This document shows, in pieces, positions 18,207 to 27,329 of a DNA stretch of 40,682 nucleotides; the stretch's first letter is position 1, and each line of letters opens with the position of its first letter. The translations under genes were made by a program, and so were the position numbers. Under the pieces are notes generated by a model. The model did not search any database, was not told the origin of the DNA, and saw nothing but the letters and a program-made list of their open reading frames with translations. This stretch comes from a virus. Location: IMG/VR virus record IMGVR_UViG_3300045988_125212. The stretch is one strand, 5' to 3'.

Positions 18207-18992
18207 TTAACCCCACGGTAATTCACGGAGCATGTTCTCTTCTCCGACGATGGGGCCAAGGCTATCCTTCATAAAGACCGGTACCGCCGTATCCGCCGCG
18301 TCCCTTGCAAGAGCTTCCACCCACTCCTGTTTTGGCTGGTGTCTGTTACTCCCCGGCCCGGTCATGGCCCCGAGAACAATCCAGCTTGGGACTTGCTCTG
18401 CTTCGAATAGCTTGATGTTTCCCAGCATTGGCTCAATCGAAATAAATATGTTGTACTTCCATGCTGGCAAACATCGCATAGCGTACATCATTGTTTGGTG
18501 GTCTGTCGCCGTTACACCAAACCAAAAGTTTTCTTCACGCGGTAGCAGGGCGAGTCTATCCAGCTCCTCGTATCTGGCCGGGTTTTTTGTGAGGAACAGA
18601 TAGCGGTGCTGCGGGGCCGCCCAACAAGCGTCCAACACTTCCACAATCCAGCGTGTCGGCACCCATGGGCCAAACAGATCAGCCATGCTGCATACGAAGA
18701 TGGTCTGCGGCTTCTTGATGTGCTCCGGCTCCTCAAGCCGGTAGCGGTGGAACGTAGGCTCGAAGCCAAAGGGATAGGGGGAATTGATCGTCTTGCCGTT
18801 GGCCCTAGTGACAGTGAGTGGTTCAGAAAGTTCCGCCCTCGGCAATGGATTGTGCGTCGTAATACGGCCATTGAGGTCGTAACCGCCAAACCTTTTCGCG
18901 ATCCTCCGGGCATAGCAATATTCGCATCCGTGTCGGCACCCCGTTACCGGGTTCCACGTGCTATCGCACCACTCAATGTTTGTTTTGTTCAT
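18207..18992 (-). CDS. Phage Gp37/Gp68 (DUF5131) family protein with a CxxxCxxC cluster
   Basis: N-terminus MNKTNIEWCDSTWNPVTGCRHGCEYCYA is the recalled family signature. RBS GGAAGGAGA. Confidence 0.75.
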   Translation of the reverse strand: MNKTNIEWCDSTWNPVTGCRHGCEYCYARRIAKRFGGYDLNGRITTHNPLPRAELSEPLTVTRANGKTINSPYPFGFEPTFHRYRLEEPEHIKKPQTIFVCSMADLFGPWVPTRWIVEVLDACWAAPQHRYLFLTKNPARYEELDRLALLPREENFWFGVTATDHQTMMYAMRCLPAWKYNIFISIEPMLGNIKLFEAEQVPSWIVLGAMTGPGSNRHQPKQEWVEALARDAADTAVPVFMKDSLGPIVGEENMLRELPWG

Positions 18993-19255
18993 GTTTCGTC
19001 TCCTTCCCCTCCGCTTATTTTCTCAATTGCTCCACACAGCAAATTGATAATGTCAGCGGCCTGGTGATACCCATCAGTGTTGGCCCACGCGGTTGCTGCT
19101 TTTTTGCCTATCTTAACCAGGCCCATAGCATCACGAGCGGCCTCTTTGATTTTGCGCATCTCATCATCTAGGCGTTCTATCGTGGTCGCTTGCTCGATCG
19201 CGCAGACCCGCAGACGCTCTAGCTCTTCACGTTGGTAACTCATTAACATTTTCAT
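18989..19255 (-). CDS. Hypothetical protein
   Basis: ATG 19255 overlaps the upstream TGA (ATGA). RBS GGGAGGA. Confidence 0.55.
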   Translation of the reverse strand: MKMLMSYQREELERLRVCAIEQATTIERLDDEMRKIKEAARDAMGLVKIGKKAATAWANTDGYHQAADIINLLCGAIEKISGGEGDET

Positions 19256-19410
19256 TCGCAATCCTCCCGAAGTTTAAGCATTTTCATGATGCCTTCCCGA
19301 ATTTTTCTTCTCAGTAGCTTGATTATAGACGGGTCGTAGCCATCGCCGCCGCAGTAGCAATCACACAGCCAGATCCCGTGGCGGCAGGTGTCGCATTTAA
19401 GCTTTCTCAT
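19252..19410 (-). CDS. Small Cys-rich protein (52 aa)
   Basis: ATG 19410 (MRKLKCDTCRHGIWLCDCYCGG), with GAGGGTG 8 nt upstream. Confidence 0.45.
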   Translation of the reverse strand: MRKLKCDTCRHGIWLCDCYCGGDGYDPSIIKLLRRKIREGIMKMLKLREDCE

Positions 19411-19462
19411 CCTTCTATCACCCTCTCTTCTATTGGCTTCATAAAGCAAATCCAATGTGTAT

Positions 19463-19621
19463 TCATATTTTTACCGCTCCTATGCCCAACTGGCACAGAA
19501 GAGATAAAATCTCCTTGGCGATGGTATTCTCGCTGCCATTTACTCCGGAAACCTCCACGCAGGTAGATTCCGTTTTGTATTGTCCGTTTTCTTTCCTGAC
19601 GTTTATTTTTATGTTTGACAT
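19463..19621 (-). CDS. Small hypothetical protein (52 aa), below the ORF-track cutoff
   Basis: RBS GGAGGT plus 6 nt then ATG 19621. Sequence MSNIKINVRKENGQYKTESTCVEVSGVNGSENTIAKEILSLLCQLGIGAVKI. Confidence 0.45.
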   Translation of the reverse strand: MSNIKINVRKENGQYKTESTCVEVSGVNGSENTIAKEILSLLCQLGIGAVKI

Positions 19622-19650
19622 GTTTATACCTCCATCTGATTCTCACACCG

Positions 19651-20049
19651 TTAATCATGCGGGTTGATGTAAACGATGATTGCCTTTGTCCACGGGAGCG
19701 CATCATAGAACGGTCTGCACTCCTCCTCTGTTTCCGGGAGCTTTTCAAACTCCTCGTCGGAAAGGTACCGTTCCAGAACGTCTAATACATCATCGTCGTT
19801 CTTGAACACAACCTCCTCGCGGTTGCTTATGAGTAGGTATTCGTCGATACGTGCGCTTCCCCACGCTCCGAGCCAATACCCGTTGTCGTCTCCGGTGATT
19901 TCCCAGTCCACCATCGGGACGACGGGCAGCTCCGGGTTCTCCCTCATGAGCCTGAAAAGCTCCCGCCTTCGATATGCTGCAAGCTCCTCGCGGTTCTTTC
20001 GCTCTTTGTCTGTAATCACGGCTGTGTCTCCTTTCCGCTTCTGGCTCAT
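19651..20049 (-). CDS. Hypothetical protein
   Basis: 132-aa ORF that overlaps the upstream stop and sits in the operon. Confidence 0.6.
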   Translation of the reverse strand: MSQKRKGDTAVITDKERKNREELAAYRRRELFRLMRENPELPVVPMVDWEITGDDNGYWLGAWGSARIDEYLLISNREEVVFKNDDDVLDVLERYLSDEEFEKLPETEEECRPFYDALPWTKAIIVYINPHD

Positions 20050-20684
20050 TTGCTCGTCTCACACCGTTCAAACTCAATTACCCACACCCACGGATTTGCG
20101 CGCCAGCCGTAGAGCGGGCGGTCGGCGGGCTTGATGGTGCTATCCCAAATTCGGATAAAATCTGGACGCGCAGGGACAACCTCATGCCATGTCCGATCAC
20201 TGTACGGTGTGTCCTCACTGTCAACAGATAAGTAAACCGGCAGAGCGCCCTCAGCTACTGCCTGTTCCTCGGTGATGTCCTGTAAATGCTCCACCCGCAC
20301 ATTCGTCACCCGCAGAAAGATACGTGCCGCCTCCTTGGGCATGTGAATAGAGGGGCGCCATTTTATGCCGTCAGGAGCATTGCCATCGGCCTTGTAGTAC
20401 AGCACGGGCGGCGTTCCCATCGTCCGGGACCATGCTGTCCATGTCTCCCGCACATACAGGAAATCGCCGGGCCAATACGGAGCTTTTACGGTTTCCGCCC
20501 AATCAGCAAGTAGGCCGCCGGCGACACGATTTCCGCACAAGAGGTCGAAAGTGTGTGTCTCATCATCGCTGTCGATGATGGCATATGCGTCCTTTGGTTG
20601 CGGCTTCACTACTCGCCTGGTGCAGGTCTTTCGTTCATCCAGGATTGCACGAACCATATCGGAGTTAAATAATATTGGCTTCAC
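20046..20684 (-). CDS. ASCH-domain-like phage protein
   Basis: GTG start after AAAGGAGGAG. MKPILFNSDMVRAILDERKTCTRRVVKP...GDFLYVRETW...WRPSIHMPKEAARIFLRVTNVRVEHLQDI is the recalled ASCH-type pattern. Confidence 0.6.
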   Translation of the reverse strand: MKPILFNSDMVRAILDERKTCTRRVVKPQPKDAYAIIDSDDETHTFDLLCGNRVAGGLLADWAETVKAPYWPGDFLYVRETWTAWSRTMGTPPVLYYKADGNAPDGIKWRPSIHMPKEAARIFLRVTNVRVEHLQDITEEQAVAEGALPVYLSVDSEDTPYSDRTWHEVVPARPDFIRIWDSTIKPADRPLYGWRANPWVWVIEFERCETSK

Positions 20685-20696
20685 TTCGCTCCTCCT

Positions 20697-21551
20697 TTAC
20701 AGCTCTACAGCCTTTTTGAGCCGGTAGTTTTTTCCCTTATCTGGCCGTACGGCCAGCACCATCGGGCTTGCACATTCCACGATGCGCCCGGCAATTGCCT
20801 CGTCAATCTTCAGCAGCTCCGACATAGTGCACTCGCTGGAGATGATTGTGGGCAGCTTGTTGTTGTACCGGTAGTTCAGGATTTCGAAGGCCACGTTAAT
20901 ATCTGCCGCCGTCGGCTTTTGCATGCCGCTATCGTCTTGCCCTCTCCCGGTCTTGAAGAGATCGTCTATGTACAGGGTCTCTGCCTGCTTATAGCGCTGG
21001 ATCTCTCCGCTGTACTCCTCGGAATCCGTAATCGCTGCCTTGATTCGTACAATATCATCCCGCCAGAGCATGTAGACAACCTCGCTCTCGTGCAGCAGGA
21101 ATTCTCGGCAAATTGCTGTGCAGATGTGTGTCTTTCCGCAGCCACTTTGGCCACCGATGAAGAACCATCCTTCGCGTGATTGCGCGTAGGTAGCAGCAGC
21201 ATCCTTGACCGTTTTTTGCCAATCGTCCTGGGCGTCGAACTTGTCGAACGTATAGTCCCGGATGATATTTTTCAGCCCGGACCGCTCCAACCGGCGAATG
21301 GTCCGGCGCATCTTCCGGCACTTGCAGCCAGATGACACAACGTGCCAACTCCCGTTCACCTCCACTGCCTGCATGATATAGCCTTTATTCCGGCATATAG
21401 GGCAGTGATAGCCGTCCTTCTGGTTCAAGTCGCCCTCTCTGGCGTTCTCAGTGTCAGCCTTCATTCGCTCCAGTATGCCAGGCGCGTAGGAGCTACAGGC
21501 AGATCCCGTACTCAGCGGCAGCCTTTTCATCACGTCCTGCATCGCTTCCAT
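20697..21551 (-). CDS. DnaC/IstB-like AAA+ helicase loader
   Basis: RBS AAAGGAGGTGG then ATG 21551. Walker A GGQSGCGKTH, Walker B LYIDDLF, and an N-terminal CPIC...CKC motif. Confidence 0.8.
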   Translation of the reverse strand: MEAMQDVMKRLPLSTGSACSSYAPGILERMKADTENAREGDLNQKDGYHCPICRNKGYIMQAVEVNGSWHVVSSGCKCRKMRRTIRRLERSGLKNIIRDYTFDKFDAQDDWQKTVKDAAATYAQSREGWFFIGGQSGCGKTHICTAICREFLLHESEVVYMLWRDDIVRIKAAITDSEEYSGEIQRYKQAETLYIDDLFKTGRGQDDSGMQKPTAADINVAFEILNYRYNNKLPTIISSECTMSELLKIDEAIAGRIVECASPMVLAVRPDKGKNYRLKKAVEL

Positions 21552-22374
21552 TTGCCACCTCCTTTGGGTGATGTCCATCCTGGACTTTGGCAAGCCAGGC
21601 ATTGGCAAATCGCATAATCCCGCCCTTGGTTTTGCGCTTTTTGGGGTTGGCAAGGCTCCAACCCCGCATTTTTCGCAGTTCCCCCATGATATCAACCGCA
21701 GGGTACAGGGATTCCCATTCTGCCACATTCTGCGGGGAGATGGGGTATTCCGTCCCGTCGTTCAGGGGGATGGTAATCACTGCAGGGGGCAAATCGTCCG
21801 CCTGGCTCCGGCCTGGAGCTGCCTCAGCTCCGGGCAAGATATTACTTTCTACAGTGTCTCCGTTAGGAGATACTGTAGAAAGTATGTTACTGTTACTGTT
21901 ACTGTTACTGTAGCAGCGGATTTTCTCCGGACCGGTCGCGGATGTCTGTTGGATGTCCGGCGGACGTCCGCCGGACGTCTTAGGATGTTCCGCGTCATGT
22001 CCGCTTCCTTTCTGCTTCTTTTCCTCGCGCTTTTTGCGCTTACGTTCAGCGTCTTTTTTCCGGCCGTCCATGAGACGTCCGGTATATTCTGCCCAGTCGT
22101 GGATTGATAATGATTCTCCGTCTTGATCAATCCATCTGTTATCTATTAGGGCTGCCATAAGCTTGTCCGCCTTTTTTTCAGGCCACCTTGCGGCCCTGGC
22201 AACGCTGCGGCTTGATATGCCGGACAGGTTTCCATCCTGCACATTATCCAATGCCCAGAGCCACAGGGATATCAGCATGCCCAACATTGTGACCGGCTCG
22301 ACGCCAAGAGCATCCGCACATGCATACAGCTTCCGGTGCTCCCGGAGTTCTTGGTGCACCTCAAGCCATGCCAT
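21493..22374 (-). CDS. Phage replisome organiser / DnaD-like replication initiator
   Basis: RBS AAGGGGGTGAGGGT then ATG 22374 (MAWLEVHQELREHRKL...). C-terminal motif ITIPLNDGTEYPISPQNVAEWESLYPAVDIMGELRKMRGWSLANPKKRKT. Confidence 0.7.
   Translation of the reverse strand: MAWLEVHQELREHRKLYACADALGVEPVTMLGMLISLWLWALDNVQDGNLSGISSRSVARAARWPEKKADKLMAALIDNRWIDQDGESLSIHDWAEYTGRLMDGRKKDAERKRKKREEKKQKGSGHDAEHPKTSGGRPPDIQQTSATGPEKIRCYSNSNSNSNILSTVSPNGDTVESNILPGAEAAPGRSQADDLPPAVITIPLNDGTEYPISPQNVAEWESLYPAVDIMGELRKMRGWSLANPKKRKTKGGIMRFANAWLAKVQDGHHPKEVANGSDAGRDEKAAAEYGICL
21850..21913. repeat. 13-bp-stem hairpin plus a (GTTACT)x4 hexamer array inside the organiser gene; candidate ori iterons
   Basis: ctacagtgtctcc-gtta-ggagatactgtag at 21850..21879. 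gttact x4 at 21886..21909. tactgtag occurs twice. Confidence 0.4.
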
Positions 22375-22427
22375 ACCCTCACCCCCTTCATGAGGAGACG
22401 GGCATAGGCCCGCCTCCTGCCGTACAA

Positions 22428-22874
22428 TCAATCCTCGGTATCATCATTGCCTCCCGCAGGAAACTCGCCGGGGTCCGCCTCTCGTGCGGCCCCGGAGGCC
22501 GTCCGATTTGAGCCTGCAACGGCGGACGGCTGCAGGCCGCGTTCCATCGCATCCCGGAAGAAATACTGCGTATATGCGCGGTAAAGGTTCGTGAATAGCT
22601 TTTTGATTTTATCTTGCAGCGCGCCTGTAATTTCGAGGTATCCGGACTGGGAGATGACGAGTTCACCATCAATGTATTTCATGGAAATGGTTCCACCTTG
22701 AATAACGCGGTCCTCGGTCTCAGGAATGGCGACTTGTTCATACATTGGCCTATAACTGCGTACGATAATGGTGAATGGATAGCTGGTGGAGGTCAAGTCT
22801 ACAGTCAGATCATTTTCTCTGCACAGGGTTTCAATTTTATCCAGGCATCCGTAAAAAATGTTGTATTCTTCCAT
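22428..22874 (-). CDS. Hypothetical replication-module protein
   Basis: RBS GAAAGGAGC then ATG 22874. 148 aa. Confidence 0.6.
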   Translation of the reverse strand: MEEYNIFYGCLDKIETLCRENDLTVDLTSTSYPFTIIVRSYRPMYEQVAIPETEDRVIQGGTISMKYIDGELVISQSGYLEITGALQDKIKKLFTNLYRAYTQYFFRDAMERGLQPSAVAGSNRTASGAAREADPGEFPAGGNDDTED

Positions 22875-22898
22875 CTATGTGCTCCTTTCCTGCTTGCC

Positions 22899-23321
22899 CT
22901 AAAATGGGAGCTGGACATCGTCATCAAACTCTGGGAACGGCACGTACTCTACCTTGGGCGGATCTTGGCGGGCGTATGCGTCCTGCGGCCCGTTGTCCTT
23001 TTTGCTCCCACCAAAATAGACGGACTCCGCGACGATTTCTACCATAGTCCGAGGCTCCCCATTGGAGGTCTCCCAGGTGCTGGTTTGCAGCCGCCCAGCG
23101 ACCGCGACAAGTTGTCCCTTTGAAAAATACTTCTCGACAAACTCTGCCGTTTTACGCCAGGCGGAAACGTGAAAGAAGTCGGCTTTCCGGTCTCCCCCGT
23201 CCTTGGGGGTATAGTCGCGGTCAACAGCCAGGTTAAATGTGGCAACGGGGACACCGTTCGGTGTCGTTTTTACGGTGGGGTCGCTTGTTAGCCGCCCCAT
23301 CATGATGACTTTGTTAAGCAT
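22899..23321 (-). CDS. ssb: Single-stranded DNA-binding protein
   Basis: MLNKVIMMGRLTSDPTVKTTPNGVPVATFNLAV... OB-fold pattern, with an acidic tip DDDVQLPF. Confidence 0.9.
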   Translation of the reverse strand: MLNKVIMMGRLTSDPTVKTTPNGVPVATFNLAVDRDYTPKDGGDRKADFFHVSAWRKTAEFVEKYFSKGQLVAVAGRLQTSTWETSNGEPRTMVEIVAESVYFGGSKKDNGPQDAYARQDPPKVEYVPFPEFDDDVQLPF

Positions 23322-23325
23322 ACTC

Positions 23326-23943
23326 CTACTCCTTTGCTTTCCACTTCTCCCGGTATGTCTCTATCAGCCCAATTCGCTGAATGGACTGGAGGAATCTCAG
23401 TATGATGTCTTCCAGTGGTTCGCAATCGTCCCGCGGGTATGACTCCACGTACAAATCGGACCCATCGCTGACCAAGTATTTAAACTCCGTCGCCTCCGGA
23501 ACTACGAAGAAATATGTTGGATGCTGCACGCTGCACAGGTACTTCCCAGCCACGCTTCGACTGGCCAGGGAAGATGACGTAAATTTGACGTCATAAATTG
23601 TCCCGGCCTTCAGTGCGTCCAGGCTCCCATATACCAGGAAGGTGGCCCCGGGCAAATGGAGCTCGCGGGATGCCTTGACTTGCACTGGGGCTCCTTGGAT
23701 TACTTTGGCGACGGCCCGAATCCCGGGCTCCCATCTCGGGTGCGGGAGGCGCGGGACCCCTGCGGCCTCCGCGTAGACCTCCGTCTCGAACGCTATGCCG
23801 TCCTCCATCTGCCTTGTTTTTTCCCTGGGCTCCCGCTGCAGGACGGCGCTAAAGTCGGCGAGAGCGTCCTCGTACGAGCTGTCAGTGGCATCGAAGACGC
23901 GCGACCACGAGGACAGCAGGGATTGTGTAATCAGATATCTCAC
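23326..23943 (-). CDS. PD-(D/E)XK family nuclease
   Basis: GTG after AAGGAGG. Motif VYGSLDALKAGTIYDVKFTS (D...D-x-K). Adjacent to the Sak4-like ATPase. Confidence 0.55.
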   Translation of the reverse strand: MRYLITQSLLSSWSRVFDATDSSYEDALADFSAVLQREPREKTRQMEDGIAFETEVYAEAAGVPRLPHPRWEPGIRAVAKVIQGAPVQVKASRELHLPGATFLVYGSLDALKAGTIYDVKFTSSSLASRSVAGKYLCSVQHPTYFFVVPEATEFKYLVSDGSDLYVESYPRDDCEPLEDIILRFLQSIQRIGLIETYREKWKAKE

Positions 23944-24878
23944 GTTGCCTCCTTGGGGACAAACCCTTCTTTAGTCCACTTTAGACCAAGTTCCCCCGCC
24001 TTGCTCATGAGCAGAGAGGATGACTCCTTCTTAGACGTCAGGACGTGGGCTAAATGCTTGATCGTGTCGCACGCCGCGTTTGCGCTGGCGGCGTCAACGA
24101 CCTTGTCCAAAATTTCACGTACCGCAGACATGACTGCATTATATTCCTCACGTCTGGCCTCAAACATCTGGGCGTCCCGTTGTATTTCTTCGCGGGACGC
24201 TGCGAATAAGTTTGCGAGGAAATCGTTTTTCGTATTTTCACCCAGGACTGGGACTACATACTGGCCCTTAATGCCCTGCGTCCCCTTTGCAAAATATTCC
24301 TGGGTCGGGGTAAACGAGATGACTCGCTCGCCCCCGATCACTTGGCAGTATCCGCCAAAATCGCATGGAGTCCATACGGTGTTGCGGAAGCTTCCCTCAC
24401 AGGTTATCCGTTGGGTAATTGACCCATCCTTGTCTTTCTCTTCCTGTGAATGGAAGACAATGACGAGGTTCTTCTGCAGTACCTTCGTAATATATTCCAA
24501 GAACGAAGACACTTCCTGCTTAACAAGACCGAACCCTTTAAGTGAGTTAAATTCACCTCTCTTGTCCACGGCTCCTTTGACACGCATCGCCCAGTCCTTG
24601 AGGTATGTGACCAGGTTTCCACCAGTGTCAATTACGACTGTCTCAAACCCTGCGAGATTGCCGGGGGTAATGTCCCTCCTCATCTCCTCGTAGGTTTGGC
24701 AGACAACCGTGGGCGTCCGGTGTTGAGGGGCCACCCTGGATATTCCGTTGTCCAGGTCAACCAGCAGGGGTTTTGGCGCGGACAGCGCAAGCGTGGTCTT
24801 ACCGATTCCCGGAGGCCCGTAGAGGATCGTGTAGAACCTCTTTTCTGAAAAATCCATTTTTTCGGGCATTACAATCAT
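23940..24878 (-). CDS. AAA_24 / Sak4-like RecA-family ATPase
   Basis: RBS AAAGGAGA then ATG 24878. Walker A GPPGIGKTT, Walker B VVIDTGG. Confidence 0.75.
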   Translation of the reverse strand: MIVMPEKMDFSEKRFYTILYGPPGIGKTTLALSAPKPLLVDLDNGISRVAPQHRTPTVVCQTYEEMRRDITPGNLAGFETVVIDTGGNLVTYLKDWAMRVKGAVDKRGEFNSLKGFGLVKQEVSSFLEYITKVLQKNLVIVFHSQEEKDKDGSITQRITCEGSFRNTVWTPCDFGGYCQVIGGERVISFTPTQEYFAKGTQGIKGQYVVPVLGENTKNDFLANLFAASREEIQRDAQMFEARREEYNAVMSAVREILDKVVDAASANAACDTIKHLAHVLTSKKESSSLLMSKAGELGLKWTKEGFVPKEAT

Positions 24879-25026
24879 CGCTATCAATCTCCTTTCTTTT
24901 GCGCTCGTCGCAATAATAGCATGACTCAGCGTATAGCTCGCGCCCACATGCAGGGCAGAACCCCAGAACTGGGGCCTGTTGGCGGTCCCGGAACGGGAAT
25001 AAACGCTCTGGAAGATCCATTGACAT
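24799..25026 (-). CDS. Small zinc-ribbon protein that overlaps the start of the ATPase gene
   Basis: RBS GGAGGAGG. CPACG...CYYC. Confidence 0.4.
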   Translation of the reverse strand: MSMDLPERLFPFRDRQQAPVLGFCPACGRELYAESCYYCDERKRKEIDSDDCNARKNGFFRKEVLHDPLRASGNR

Positions 25027-25047
25027 TACCTCCTCCAGCTGGTATAA

Positions 25048-25464
25048 TCAGAAGGTGACTTTTCCCCTCTTGCCGCTTCCCGAAGTTGCTGCTTCGGGGG
25101 CGGCCTTTTTTGCTGCCGGTTCGCCATTGCGCAGCAGCCTTGCGATTGCAGCGGGATTATGGACTTCTGCCCATGCAAGGCGGCGGCGGAAGTCTGCAAC
25201 AGCCAGGTCCCACCGTTCGGCGCGGCTGTAATTTTCTGCCGAGGGGACTTGCACGGGAATGACCAGACAATTGCCCGGCCCCCATGGGACGTCCAAATTG
25301 CTCCGCGTAATCCCGAGGCCTGGCCCATAGTGTTGAGAGATCGCCCACTCGTAGAACGGTTCAAAGCGGTCCCAGGCCGGAACGTGCGGGTCTTGCCGGA
25401 TTTTGCGCCACTTGGTGCGGAGGCTCGTGCCGTGGGGGAGCTCTTTGATTTTCAATCTTATCAC
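25048..25464 (-). CDS. Hypothetical protein, possibly DNA-binding
   Basis: The likely true start is TTG 25455, 6 nt after GGAGGTG. Motif FEPFYEWAISQHYGPGLGITRSNLDVPWGPGNC. Confidence 0.5.
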   Translation of the reverse strand: MIRLKIKELPHGTSLRTKWRKIRQDPHVPAWDRFEPFYEWAISQHYGPGLGITRSNLDVPWGPGNCLVIPVQVPSAENYSRAERWDLAVADFRRRLAWAEVHNPAAIARLLRNGEPAAKKAAPEAATSGSGKRGKVTF

Positions 25465-25467
25465 CTC

Positions 25468-25722
25468 CTACAAACAATAGATCACGCACGCCGCCCCAAT
25501 GGCAGCAGCAGCAACACACCACAGCACACAGGCCCAGATGGGCATGCGCCGCCGGGCAGGGGCCTGCAGCGCCTTGATAGCCATGCCCAGGGCCACGGCA
25601 TCAGCGGCGGCGGTGCCGGCATCCATGTATTCCTGGATCGCCAAGCGGCTCCGGGGGTAGGCCCTGGCCTGGGCCTCCTGGCGGAGGGATTGGAGTTGGG
25701 CGATTGCGTCAGCTCTGCTCAT
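25468..25722 (-). CDS. Hypothetical C-terminally membrane-anchored protein
   Basis: RBS GAGGGGGGG. C-terminal hydrophobic segment WACVLWCVAAAAIGAACVIYCL. Ends in TAG. Confidence 0.55.
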   Translation of the reverse strand: MSRADAIAQLQSLRQEAQARAYPRSRLAIQEYMDAGTAAADAVALGMAIKALQAPARRRMPIWACVLWCVAAAAIGAACVIYCL

Positions 25723-25724
25723 CG

Positions 25725-26072
25725 CTATCGCCCCCCCTCTGCGTATGCCGCCACCAGAAGCTCTTCGATGTTATCGTCCATCCGATCGGCACATACGGTA
25801 ATGGTGCCATCTTGATATGGGCAACTGCCGCAGTCCCGCGGATTCGCGCGGCAAATGCGAAGCGCCCCCATGACATTGTCCGCTTTAGCCTTATACAGAG
25901 ACAGCATCTTCAACACGGCTATTGCTGTCTGTAAAGCCTCTGCCCTTTCGCTGTGATACCATTCGGCAGTGTAGTTCCCATTGGATTCTGCAAACGTTTG
26001 CAAGCTGAATTCTTTCTTGTGCATCCCTTGGAGCACAGCAATGGCATCAAGTCTCTCCATCATTGATCTCAT
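25725..26072 (-). CDS. Hypothetical protein
   Basis: 115-aa ORF. The Met at 26063 or 26060 has better RBS spacing. Confidence 0.5.
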   Translation of the reverse strand: MRSMMERLDAIAVLQGMHKKEFSLQTFAESNGNYTAEWYHSERAEALQTAIAVLKMLSLYKAKADNVMGALRICRANPRDCGSCPYQDGTITVCADRMDDNIEELLVAAYAEGGR

Positions 26073-26538
26073 CCTCCTCCTGCTCCCGCAGCTCCGGGCA
26101 CACTGCCGGAATCACCCATAGAAGCATCGTCGCATATATCTCATCCGAAAAATCCCGATCACTGGCCAAGTGCGGCTTGACCAAGCGCTTGGCCCAGATC
26201 AGATTCGGTGTAAGCAGGGCCACCGTCAGCGGATCAGTAACCAACAACCCGGCATCCAGGACGGCCAGCAACTGATTCATGATGTCAGCATCCCACGGAG
26301 CTTGACTCTGTGCGATAGCCTTGCACAGGGTGCGCAGCAGCTCCGCCTGATCCTCGGCCTTAGCGCTCGGCTGCTGGGCCACCTCTTGTTCCTTAAGTGC
26401 CTGGAGCCCCGCAGTCAGTGCGTGCACCTTGTCCCAGGCATTGTCGGGCAGGCAACCACCCTGGGAGTCGCAGCGCAAGATCTCCAGTTCGTCTCGGATC
26501 ATGGACTGCAACAGATCGCATTCTTCCTCTCTGCTCAT
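26047..26538 (-). CDS. Hypothetical protein
   Basis: RBS AAAGGAGGA then ATG 26538. Confidence 0.55.
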   Translation of the reverse strand: MSREEECDLLQSMIRDELEILRCDSQGGCLPDNAWDKVHALTAGLQALKEQEVAQQPSAKAEDQAELLRTLCKAIAQSQAPWDADIMNQLLAVLDAGLLVTDPLTVALLTPNLIWAKRLVKPHLASDRDFSDEIYATMLLWVIPAVCPELREQEEDEINDGET

Positions 26539-26768
26539 TTTTTATCCTCCTTTATCATCTTTTTATTCCCCGTGGATACTTTTATCCCCAGGACTTCTTC
26601 AATCGCGGAGACCATATTGGGAGATGAGATTTTCCCGTTGAGCACTCTCCCGATATAGTGGCGGTCGGCGTATCGTCCGGTTCTCTCCCTGACCTGCGCC
26701 GCAAGCCAGTCTGTATTGTGGCCCCTTCGGACTAGGGCCGCCTTCACCTTGCGGAACTCGTTAGTCAT
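26535..26768 (-). CDS. Small HTH-like regulator
   Basis: ATG 26768 overlaps the upstream TGA. RBS GGAGGG. Sequence MTNEFRKVKAALVRRGHNTDWLAAQV... Confidence 0.5.
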   Translation of the reverse strand: MTNEFRKVKAALVRRGHNTDWLAAQVRERTGRYADRHYIGRVLNGKISSPNMVSAIEEVLGIKVSTGNKKMIKEDKK

Positions 26769-27181
26769 ACTCCGCCCTCCCAAAACTGGGCGAACCGCTC
26801 TGGGCCGACCTCTGCACGCAGGCGCTCCGGAGAAATAAAGTATCGGTACCGCTCCTTGCAGAGCACGGCGGATCCGATGCTTAGGGCTCCGGTCTGGAGT
26901 CCCCTCTTAATGAAGGACGGAGGGACATCCATGCAAGCGGCAGCCTCCTTGACGGATATCCGCCAGCGAGACCTCTTCGCTGGGGAGCAAAGGTCCTCTG
27001 GAGTCGTCTGCAGCGCGTCCGCCAACCGTTGAAGCGCATTGGCACGGGGCGCACACTTGCCGGACATGTACTCGGATAGGCTTGATGCCGGGACCCCGGA
27101 CACCTCAGACAGCTGCTTCTGGGTCATTGCTCGCTCGGTAAGTAGCTGGTCAAGCCTGCCTTTATTTAGTTTTTTCCCCAT
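26765..27181 (-). CDS. XRE-family HTH protein with an extra C-terminal domain
   Basis: RBS AAGGGGGA then ATG 27181. Motif LDQLLTERAMTQKQLSEVSGVPASSLSEYMSGK. Confidence 0.7.
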   Translation of the reverse strand: MGKKLNKGRLDQLLTERAMTQKQLSEVSGVPASSLSEYMSGKCAPRANALQRLADALQTTPEDLCSPAKRSRWRISVKEAAACMDVPPSFIKRGLQTGALSIGSAVLCKERYRYFISPERLRAEVGPERFAQFWEGGV

Positions 27182-27329
27182 TGTTTTCTTCCCCCTTTCT
27201 GTCATCACGCAGAGATGCCCCTGCGCTTACGCCCTGAGCAAACACTAGGATTCGCTCTCTAGCATCGTCAGGAAGGTTGCCCGCAATTTTTGCAATATTT
27301 GCCACAACCTTTTGTTGTTTGTCGCTCAT
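27162..27329 (-). CDS. Small hypothetical protein (55 aa) that overlaps both neighbouring genes
   Basis: RBS GAAGGAGGTGG plus 5 nt then ATG 27329. Confidence 0.45.
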   Translation of the reverse strand: MSDKQQKVVANIAKIAGNLPDDARERILVFAQGVSAGASLRDDRKGEENNGEKTK

